Shown here in pieces: positions 1 through 10,716 of a DNA stretch of 64,000 nt. The DNA lies in assembly GCF_009914755.1 (NCBI RefSeq), contig NC_060948.1. One strand, 5' to 3'. Within the stretch, counting starts at the first letter, position 1. Each line of letters opens with the position of its first letter. A program made the translations under genes and the position numbers. The notes under the pieces are model-generated. The model was not told the DNA's origin. It ran no database searches and saw nothing but the letters and a program-made list of their open reading frames with translations. The stretch comes from the human T2T-CHM13v2.0 reference genome, Homo sapiens.

Positions 1-140
1 GCAATGGAATCTAATGAAACGGAAAGGAAAGGAATGGAATGGAATGGAAAGGGCTGGAATGGAAAGGAATCGAAACGAATGGAATGGAATCGAACTGAAG
101 AGACTGGAATGGAATGCACTGGAATGGAAGGGAGTGTAAT

Positions 141-155
141 GGAAGGTTCTCGAAA
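141..155. promoter_or_regulatory. Perfect 3-unit heat-shock element, HSE-1 (gGAAg gTTCt cGAAa); recurs at offset +140 in every unit
   Basis: Exact match to the HSF consensus nGAAnnTTCnnGAAn. Binding is not shown by the sequence. Confidence 0.55.
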
Positions 156-850
156 AAAATGGAATCGAATGGAATGGAATTGAATGGAACGGAATAGAGT
201 CGAATGGAATTGAATGGAATGGAATGGACTAGAGTGAAATGGAATCGAACCACAAGGAATGGACAGGAATAGAATGGTCTCGAATTGAATGGAATCGTAT
301 GGAATGGCATCAAACGGAATGGAATGGACAGCCACGGAATGGAATGCACTCGAATGCAATGGAGTCGAAACTAATGGACTGGAATAGAATGGACTCGACT
401 GGTACGGACTCCAATGGAATGGAATCGAATGGAAGGGAATCGAACGGAATGGACTCGAAGGGAAAAGACTGCAATGGAAAGGTCTCGAATGGAATGGAAA
501 TTAATGGAATGGAATGGAATCGAATGAAATGGAGTCAAAAGGAATGGAATCGAATGGCAAGAAATCGAATGTAATGGAATCGCAAGGAATTGATGTGAAC
601 GGAACGGAATGGAATGGAATCCAAAGGAATGGAATAGAATGGAATGGAATCGAATGGAAAGGACTCGAATGGAAATCACTCGAATAGAATGCAATTTAAT
701 AAAATAGGATCAAATGTAATGGAATGGAATGGAAAGGAATCGAAACGAAAGGAATGGAGACAGATGGAATGGAATGGAACAGAGAGCAATGGTATAGAAT
801 GGAATGGAATCATCTGGAATGGAATTGAATGGAATGGAATAATATGAAAT

Positions 851-885
851 GGAATGGAATGGAATGGAATGGAATGGAATGGAAT
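851..885 (+). repeat. Pure (GGAAT)n tract A, variable between units (5, 7 or 9 copies)
   Basis: 7 copies here; 5 at 7993-8017; 9 at 29378-29422. Confidence 0.85.
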
Positions 886-1176
886 GCCCTTGAATTAAAT
901 GGACTGGAATGGAATGGACTCGAACAGAGTGGAATGGAAAGTGTTGAGATAGAATGCAATGGACTCCTTCGGAATGGTCTAGTATGCAATGCAATCGACT
1001 GGCAGGGAATCAAAAGGAATGTAATCGAATGGATTGGACTGGAATGCAGTGGACTCGAATAGATTGGAAACGGAATGCAAAGGAATGGAATGGAATAGTA
1101 TGGAATGGAATGGAAAGGAATGGAGTGGAATAGACTAGAGTGGAATGGAATGGACTGGAAAGCAATGGACTGGAAT

Positions 1177-1191
1177 GGAACTTTCTTGAAT
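1177..1191. promoter_or_regulatory. Perfect 3-unit heat-shock element, HSE-2 (gGAAc tTTCt tGAAt); recurs once per unit
   Basis: Exact consensus match; destroyed in unit 16 (C>A at 54628). Confidence 0.55.
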
Positions 1192-2654
1192 GGACTGGAA
1201 TCAAACGGAATGGAATGCAATGCAATCAAATGGCATGGAATAAAATAGAATGAAAGAGAATCAAATGGAATTGAATCGAATGGAATCGAATGGATTGGAA
1301 AGGAATAGAATGGAATGGAATGGAATTGACTCAAATGGAATGGACTAGAATGGAATGGATTCGAATGGAAGGCAAAGGAATGGAATCTATTGGAATGGAC
1401 TGTAATGGAATGGAATGGAAGGGATTGGAATGGACTCGAATGGAATGGACTGCAATAGAAAGGATTCGAATGGAATGAAAAAGAATTGAATGGAATAGAA
1501 CAGAATGGAATCAAATCGAATGAAATGGAATGGAATAGAAAGGAATGGAATGAAATGGAATGGAAAGGATTCGAATGGAATGCAATCGAATGGAATGGAA
1601 TCGAACGGAATGGAATAAAATGGAAGAAAACTGGCAAGAAATGGAATCGAAATGAATGGAGTGTTATGGAACGGACTCAAAAGGAATTGAATGTAATAGA
1701 ATGGAGTGGAGTGGACTCCAATATAATAGACTGGAATGGAATGAAATCACATGGAATGGGAACGAATGGAATGGAATGGAAAGGAATGGAATCGAATGGA
1801 AATGAATCGAATGGAAGGGAATGAAATTGAATCAACAGGAATGGAAAGGAGTAGAATAGACGGTAATGGAATGGGCTCGAATAGAATGGACACGAATGCT
1901 CAAATTAAATGGACTCGAATGGAATGGAAACGAAAGGAATGTCATCGAATGGAATTGAATCGATTGGAATGAAATCGCATAGAATGGAGTGGAATCAAAT
2001 GGAATTGAATCGAAAGGAAAGGAAGCGAATGGACTGAAATGAAATGGAATGGAATTGAATGGAAAGTAATGCAATGGAATAGAATGGAACGAAATTTCAC
2101 GAAATGGAATCAAACTGAATGGAATCAAATCAATGGAATCAAATCAAATGGAATGGAAAGGAATTGAATGGAGTAGATTGGATTGGATGGGATTGGAATG
2201 AAATGTACTGGAAAGGACTCGAATTTCATGAAACGGAATGGAATGAATTGGAACGGAATGGACTCGAATGGAATGGAATGTCATGGAATGGCATCAAATG
2301 GAATGGCATCAAATGGAATGGAATCGAATGCAATGGAATGCTATGGAATGGAATGGAATGCATTGGAATGGAATGTCCTCTAATGGAATGGATTCGAGTG
2401 GAATGGAATCGAATATAATGGAGTCGAATGAAATGGAATTGAAAGGAGTGGGATCGAATACAATGGAATATACTGGAATGTAATGTAATGAACTCGAATG
2501 TAATTGACTGTAATGGAATGTACATGAATGGAATGTAATCGAATGGAAAGTAATCCAATGGAATAGAATCTAATGCAATAAAACCGACTCAGATAGAGTA
2601 GAATGTAATGGAATGGAGTGCAGTGCAATGGAATGGAATGGAATGGAAGGCAAT

Positions 2655-2694
2655 GGAATGGAATGGAATGGAATGGAATGGAATGGAATGGAAT
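2655..2694 (+). repeat. Pure (GGAAT)n tract B, hypervariable between units (5-11 copies)
   Basis: 8 copies here; 10 at 9787-9836; 5 at 27613-27637; 11 at 63196-63250. Confidence 0.85.
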
Positions 2695-2923
2695 GGGATG
2701 GAATGGGATGGAATGGATAGTAATGGACTGGAGTGAAATGGACAGGAAAGGAATGGACTCAAATTGAAAGGGCTCGAAAGGAATGGAGTCAAATGGAATG
2801 GTCTGGAATGGAATGAACACGAATGTAATGCAATCCAATAGAATGGAATCGAATGGCATGGAATATAAAGAAATGGAATCGAAGAGAATGGAAACAAATG
2901 GAATGGAATTGAATGGAATGGAA

Positions 2924-3077
2924 TTGAATGGAATGGGAACGAATGGAGTGAAATTGTATGCAGTAGAAGGGAATAGAATGGAATGCAAGCGAAAGGAAAG
3001 GAATGGATTGGAATGGAATGGAATTCATTGGAATGGAAGGGAATGTAGTGTAATGGACAGGCCTGGAATAAAGTGGA
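2924..3077 (+). other. DYZ1 Y1.2/Y1.1 sexing-PCR amplicon (154 bp) containing the unit EcoRI (3021-3026) and StuI/HaeIII (3059-3064) sites
   Basis: TTGAATGGAATGGGAACGAATGG at 2924-2946 and GGACAGGCCTGGAATAAAGTGGA at 3055-3077 match the primer sequences as I recall them from memory. Confidence 0.8.
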
Positions 3078-3434
3078 ATGCTACGGTCTCGAATGGAATA
3101 AAAATGTATGGAATGGAATGCAATGAAACGGAATCGAATGTCATAGAATGTAATGGAATGCAAAAAAATGGAATCCAAAATCATTGACTGGAAAGGCTGG
3201 GTGTCGAAAGGAATTGACTCCAATGGAATGGAATCGAATGGAATGGAAGTGAATAGAATCGAACTAAATCGAATGGAATGGAATTGATAGGAACGGAATG
3301 GAAAGGAATGCAATGATTTGGCATGGAATGGAATCGAATGGCATCGAATGGAATGGAATGGAATGCAATGGAATGGAATGTATTAGAATGTAATGAACTT
3401 TAATGGAATGTACTCGAATGGATTCGACTGGAAT

Positions 3435-3449
3435 GGAATGTTCTGGAAG
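3435..3449. promoter_or_regulatory. Perfect 3-unit heat-shock element, HSE-3 (gGAAt gTTCt gGAAg); recurs once per unit
   Basis: Exact consensus match; destroyed in units 14 and 16 (C>A at 49778 and 56886). Confidence 0.55.
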
Positions 3450-3574
3450 TGAATGGACTCCAATGGAATGGATTCAAAAGGAATGGAATCGTACGGAATG
3501 GAATCTAATGGAATGGAATTAAATGGAAATGAATCAAATTGAATAGCACGGAATTGAATTGAATGGAATGGAAT

Positions 3575-6500
3575 GCAATGGAATCTAATGAAACGGAAAG
3601 GAAAGGAATGGAATGGAATGGAAAGGGCTGGAATGGAAAGGAATCGAAACGAATGGAATGGAATCGAACTGAAGAGACTGGAATGGAATGCACTGGAATG
3701 GAAGGGAGTGTAATGGAAGGTTCTCGAAAAAAATGGAATCGAATGGAATGGAATTGAATGGAACGGAATAGAGTCGAATGGAATTGAATGGAATGGAATG
3801 GACTAGAGTGAAATGGAATCGAACCACAAGGAATGGACAGGAATAGAATGGTCTCGAATTGAATGGAATCGTATGGAATGGCATCAAACGGAATGGAATG
3901 GACAGCCACGGAATGGAATGCACTCGAATGCAATGGAGTCGAAACTAATGGACTGGAATAGAATGGACTCGACTGGTACGGACTCCAATGGAATGGAATC
4001 GAATGGAAGGGAATCGAACGGAATGGACTCGAAGGGAAAAGACTGCAATGGAAAGGTCTCGAATGGAATGGAAATTAATGGAATGGAATGGAATCGAATG
4101 AAATGGAGTCAAAAGGAATGGAATCGAATGGCAAGAAATCGAATGTAATGGAATCGCAAGGAATTGATGTGAACGGAACGGAATGGAATCGAATCCAAAG
4201 GAATGGAATAGAATGGAATGGAATCGAATGGAAAGGACTCGAATGGAAATCACTCGAATAGAATGCAATTTAATAAAATAGGATCAAATGTAATGGAATG
4301 GAATGGAAAGGAATCAAAACGAAAGGAATGGAGACAGATGGAATGGAATGGAACAGAGAGCAATGGTATAGAATGGAATGGAATCATCTGGAATGGAATT
4401 GAATGGAATGGAATAATATGAAATGGAATGGAATGGAATGGAATGGAATGGAATGGAATGCCCTTGAATTAAATGGACTGGAATGGAATGGACTCGAACA
4501 GAGTGGAATGGAAAGTGTTGAGATAGAGTGCAATGGACTCCTTCGGAATGGTCTAGTATGCAATGCAATCGACTGGCAGGGAATCAAAAGGAATGTAATC
4601 GAATGGATTGGACTGGAATGCAGTGGACTCGAATAGATTGGAAACGGAATGCAAAGGAATGGAATGGAATAGTATGGAATGGAATGGAAAGGAATGGAGT
4701 GGAATAGACTAGAGTGGAATGGAATGGACTGGAAAGCAATGGACTGGAATGGAACTTTCTTGAATGGACTGGAATCAAACGGAATGGAATGCAATGCAAT
4801 CAAATGGCATGGAATAAAATAGAATGAAAGAGAATCAAATGGAATTGAATCGAATGGAATCGAATGGATTGGAAAGGAATAGAATGGAATGGAATGGAAT
4901 TGACTCAAATGGAATGGACTAGAATGGAATGGATTCGAATGGAAGGCAAAGGAATGGAATCTATTGGAATGGACTGTAATGGAATGGAATGGAAGGGATT
5001 GGAATGGACTCGAATGGAATGGACTGCAATAGAAAGGATTCGAATGGAATGAAAAAGAATTGAATGGAATAGAACAGAATGGAATCAAATCGAATGAAAT
5101 GGAATGGAATAGAAAGGAATGGAATGAAATGGAATGGAAAGGATTCGAATGGAATGCAATCGAATGGAATGGAATCGAACGGAATGGAATAAAATGGAAG
5201 AAAACTGGCAAGAAATGGAATCGAAATGAATGGAGTGTTATGGAACGGACTCAAAAGGAATTGAATGTAATAGAATGGAGTGGAGTGGACTCGAATATAA
5301 TGGACTGGAATGGAATGAAATCACATGGAATGGGAACGAATGGAATGGAATGGAAAGGAATGGAATCGAATGGAAAGGAATCGAATGGAAGGGAATGAAA
5401 TTGAATCAACAGGAATGGAAGGGAATAGAATAGACGGTAATGGAATGGACTCGAATAGAATGGACACGAATGCTCAAATTGAATGGACTCCAATGGAATG
5501 GAAACGAAAGGAATGTCATCGAATAGAATTGAATCGACTGGAATGAAATCGCAAGAATGGAGTGGAATCAAATGGAATTGAATCGAAAGGAAAGGAAGCG
5601 AATGGACTGAAATGAAATGGAATGGAATTGAATGGAAAGTAATGCAATGGAATAGAATGGAACGAAATTTCACGGAATGGAATCAAACTGAAAGGAATCA
5701 AATCAATGGAATCTAATCAAATGGAATGGAAGGGAATTGAATGGAGTAGATTGGATTGGATGGGATTGGAGTGAAATGTACTGGAAAGGACTCGAATTTC
5801 ATGAAACGGAATGGAATGAATTGGAACGGAATGGACTCGAATGGAATGGAATGTCATGGAATGGCATCAAATGGAATGGCATCAAATGGAATGGAATCGA
5901 ATGCAATGGAATGCTATGGAATGGAATGGAATGCATTGGAATGGAATGTCCTCTAATGGAATGGATTCGAGTGGAATGGAATCGAATATAATGGAGTCGA
6001 ATGAAATGGAATTGAAAGGAGTGGGATCGAATACAATGGAATATGCTGGAATGTAATGTAATGAACTCGAATGTAATTGACTGGAATGGAATGTACATGA
6101 ATGGAATGTAATCGAATGGAAAGTAATCCAATGGAATAGAATCTAATGCAATAAAATCGACTCAGATAGAGTAGAATGTAATGGAATGGAGTGCAGTACA
6201 ATGGAATGGAATGGAATGCAATGGAATGGAATGGAATGGAATGGAATGGAATGGGATGGAATGGGATGGAATGGTATGGAGTGGATAGTAATGGACTGGA
6301 GTGAAATGGACTGGAAAGGAATGGACTCAAATTGAAAGGGCTCGAAAGGAATGGAGTCAAATGGAATGGTCTGGAATGGAATGAACACGAATGTAATGCA
6401 ATCCAATAGAATGGAATCGAATGGCATGGAATATAAAGAAATGGAATCGAAGAGAATGGAAACAAATGGAATGGAATTGAATGGAATGGAATTGAATGGA

Positions 6501-7142
6501 ATGGGAACGAATGGAGTGAAATTGTATGCAGTAGAAGGGAATAGAATGGAATGCAAGCGAAAGGAAAGGAATGGATTGGAATGGAATGGAATTCATTGGA
6601 ATGGAAGGGAATGTAGTGTAATGGACAGGCCTGGAATAAAGTGGAATGCTACGGTCTCGAATGGAATAAAAATGTATGGAATGGAATGCAATGAAACGGA
6701 ATCGAATGTCATAGAATGTAATGGAATGCAAAAAAATGGAATCCAAAATCATTGACTGGAAAGGCTGGGTGTCGAAAGGAATTGACTCCAATGATATGGA
6801 ATCGAATGGAATGGAAGTGAATAGAATCGAACTAAATCGAATGGAATGGAATTGATAGGAACGGAATGGAAAGGAATGCAATGAATTGGCATGGAATGGA
6901 ATCGAATGGCATCGAATGGAATGGAATGGAATGCAATGGAATGGAATGTATTAGAATGTAATGAACTTTAATGGAATGTACTCGAATGGATTCGACTGGA
7001 ATGGAATGTTCTGGAAGTGAATGGACTCCAATGGAATGGATTCAAAAGGAATGGAATCGTACGGAATGGAATGTAATGGAATGGAATTAAATGGAAATGA
7101 ATCAAATTGAATAGCACGGAATTGAATTGAATGGAATGGAAT
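3575..7142 (+). repeat. DYZ1 unit 2 (3568 bp; 1-bp-deletion haplotype)
   Basis: GAAATCGCAAGAAT at ~5551 instead of GCATAGAAT; linked SNVs at 5490-6046. Confidence 0.9.
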
Positions 7143-10100
7143 GCAATGGAATCTAATGAAACGGAAAGGAAAGGAATGGAATGGAATGGAATGGGCTGGA
7201 ATGGAAAGGAATCGAAACGAATGGAATGGAATCGAACTGAAGAGACTGGAATGGAATGCACTGGAATGGAAGGGAGTGTAATAGAAGGTTCTCGAAAAAA
7301 ATGGAATCGAATGGAATGGAATTGAATGGAACGGAATAGAGTCGAATGGAATTGAATGGAATGGAATGGACTAGAGTGAAATGGAATCGAACCACAAGGA
7401 ATGGACAGGAATAGAATGGTCTCGAATTGAATGGAATCGTATGGAATGGCATCAAACGGAATGGAATGGACAGCCACGGAATGGAATGCACTCGAATGCA
7501 ATGGAGTCGAAACTAATGGACTGGAATAGAATGGACTCGACTGGTACGGACTCCAATGGAATGGAATCGAATGGAAGGGAATCGAACGGAATGGACTCGA
7601 AGGGAAAAGACTGCAATGGAAAGGTCTCGAATGGAATGGAAATTAATGGAATGGAATGGAATCGAATGAAATGGAGTCAAAAGGAATGGAATCGAATGGC
7701 AAGAAATCGAATGTAATGGAATCGCAAGGAATTGATGTGAACGGAACGGAATGGAATCGAATCCAAAGGAATGGAATAGAATGGAATGGAATCGAATGGA
7801 AAGGACTCGAATGGAAATCACTCGAATAGAATGCAATTTAATAAAATAGGATCAAATGTAATGGAATGGAATGGAAAGGAATCGAAACGAAAGGAATGGA
7901 GACAGATGGAATGGAATGGAACAGAGAGCAATGGTATAGAATGGAATGGAATCATCTGGAATGGAATTGAATGGAATGGAATAATATGAAATGGAATGGA
8001 ATGGAATGGAATGGAATGCCCTTGAATTAAATGGACTGGAATGGAATGGACTCGAACAGAGTGGAATGGAAAGTGTTGAGATAGAATGGAATGGACTCCT
8101 TTGGAATGGTGTAGTATGCAATGCAATCGACTGGCAGGGAATCAAAAGGAATGTAATGGAATGGATTGGACTGGAATGCAATGGACTCGAATAGATTGGA
8201 AACGGAATGCAAAGGAATGGAATGGAATAGTATGGAATGGAATGGAAAGGAATGGAGTGGAATAGACTAGAGTGGAATGGAATGGACTGGAAAGCAATGG
8301 ACTGGAATGGAACTTTCTTGAATGGACTGCAATCAAACGGAATGGAATGCAATGCAATCAAATGGCATGGAATAAAATAGAATGAAAGAGAATCAAATGG
8401 AATTGAATCGAATGGAATCGAATGGATTGGAAAGGAATAGAATGGAATGGAATGGAATTGACTCGAATGGAATGGACTAGAATGGAATGGATTCGAATGG
8501 AAGGCAAAGGAATGGAATCTATTGGAATGGACTGTAATGGAATGGAATGGAAAGGATTGGAATGGACTCGAATGGAATGGACTGCAATAGAAAGGATTCG
8601 AATGGAATGAAAAAGAATTGAATGGAATAGAACAGAATGGAATCAAATCGAATGAAATGGAATGGAATAGAAAGGAATGGAATGAAATGGAATGGAAAGG
8701 ATTCGAATGGAATGCAATCGAATGGAATGGAATCGAACGGAATGGAATAAAATGGAAGAAAACTGGCAAGAAATGGAATCGAAATGAATGGAGTGTTACG
8801 GAACGGACTCAAAAGGAATTGAATGTAATAGAATGGAGTGGAGTGGACTCGAATATAATGGAATGGAATGGAATGAAATCACAAGGAATGGGAACGAATG
8901 GAATGGAATGGAAAGGAATGGAATCGAATGGAAAGGAATCGAATGGAAGGGAATGAAATTGAATCAACAGGAATGGAAGGGAATAGAATAGACGGTAATG
9001 GAATGGACTCGAATAGAATGGACACGAATGCTCAAATTGAATGGACTCGAATGGAATGGAAACGAAAGGAATGTCATCGAATGGAATTGAATGGATTGGA
9101 ATGAAATCGCATAGAATGGAGTGGAATCAAATGGAATTGAATCGAAAGGAAAGGAAGCGAATGGACTGAAATGAAATGGAATGGAATTGAATGGAAAGTA
9201 ATGCAATGGAATAGAATGGAACGAAATTTCACGGAATGGAATCAAACTGAATGGAATCAAATCAATGGAATCAAATCAAATGGAATGGAAAGGAATTGAA
9301 TGGAGTAGATTGGATTGGATGGGATTGGAATGAAATGTACTGGAAAGGACTCGAATTTCATGAAACGGAATGGAATGAATTGGAACGGAATGGACTCGAA
9401 TGGAATGGAATGTCATGGAATGGCATCAAATGGAATGGCATCAAATGGAATGGAATCGAATGCAATGGAATGCTATGGAATGGAATGGAATGCATTGGAA
9501 TGGAATGTCCTCTAATGGAATGGATTCGAGTGGAATGGAATCGAATATAATGGAGTCGAATGAAATGGAATTGAAAGGAGTGGGATCGAATACAATGGAA
9601 TATACTGGAATGTAATGTAATGAACTCGAATGTAATTGACTGGAATGGAATGTACATGAATGGAATGTAATCGAATGGAAAGTAATCCAATGGAATAGAA
9701 TCTAATGCAATAAAACCGACTCAGATAGAGTAGAATGTAATGGAATGGAGTGCAGTGCAATGGAATGGAATGGAATGGAAGGCAATGGAATGGAATGGAA
9801 TGGAATGGAATGGAATGGAATGGAATGGAATGGAATGGGATGGAATGGGATGGAATGGATAGTAATGGACTGGAGTGAAATGGACTGGAAAGGAATGGAC
9901 TCAAATTGAAAGGGCTCGAAAGGAATGGAGTCAAATGGAATGGTCTGGAATGGAATGAACACGAATGTAATGCAATCCAATAGAATGGAATCGAATGGCA
10001 TGGAATATAAAGAAATGGAATCGAAGAGAATGGAAACAAATGGAATGGAATTGAATGGAATGGAATTGAATGGAATGGGAACGAATGGAGTGAAATTGTA

Positions 10101-10716
10101 TGCAGTAGAAGGGAATAGAATGGAATGCAAGCGAAAGGAAAGGAATGGATTGGAATGGAATGGAATTCATTGGAATGGAAGGGAATGTAGTGTAATGGAC
10201 AGGCCTGGAATAAAGTGGAATGCTACGGTCTCGAATGGAATAAAAATGTATGGAATGGAATGCAATGAAACGGAATCGAATGTCATGGAATGTAATGGAA
10301 TGCAAAAAAATGGAATCCAAAATCATTGACTGGAAAGGCTGGGTGTCGAAAGGAATTGACTCCAATGGAATGGAATCGAATGGAATGGAAGTGAATAGAA
10401 TCGAACTAAATCGAATGGAATGGAATTGATAGGAACGGAATGGAAAGGAATGCAATGATTTGGCATGGAATGGAATCGAATGGCATCGAATGGAATGGAA
10501 TGGAATGCAATGGAATGGAATGTATTAGAATGTAATGAACTTTAATGGAATGTACTCGAATGGATTCGACTGGAATGGAATGTTCTGGAAGTGAATGGAC
10601 TCCAATGGAATGGATTCAAAAGGAATGGAATCGTACGGAATGGAATCTAATGGAATGGAATTAAATGGAAATGAATCAAATTGAATAGCACGGAATTGAA
10701 TTGAATGGAATGGAAT
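7143..10716 (+). repeat. DYZ1 unit 3 (3574 bp)
   Basis: Anchor spacing. Carries the TTGACTCGAAT / CACAAGG / GGAAGGCAAT haplotype. Confidence 0.9.

Larger units (their letters stand above)
1..3574 (+). repeat. DYZ1 unit 1 (3574 bp; arbitrary phase anchored at GCAATGGAATCTAATGAAAC)
   Basis: The anchor ORF repeats at 11 and 3585. Carries the CTCCTTCGG/GGTCTAG haplotype plus several private SNVs at 1.7-2.8 kb. Confidence 0.9.

Noticed and set aside
695-706. AATAAA polyadenylation-like hexamers (also ~1239, 1613, 2577, 3067, 3097)
   Set aside because: They are easily generated from GGAAT variants, there is no downstream GU-rich element, and there is no transcript evidence. Yq12 transcripts are known but cannot be placed from the sequence alone.
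2176-2196. Three ATTGG (CCAAT-box) words in a row
   Set aside because: GGATT is a single-substitution pentamer variant, so the words are expected, and there is no promoter context.
2220-2234. GAATTTCATGAA as another HSE
   Set aside because: The GAA-to-TTC spacing is 1 bp rather than 2, so it is out of register.
5709-5720. GAATCTAATCA resembling the DUX4 motif TAAYYYAATCA in delT-family units
   Set aside because: It mismatches at the first core base, and near-matches are expected in this pentamer background.
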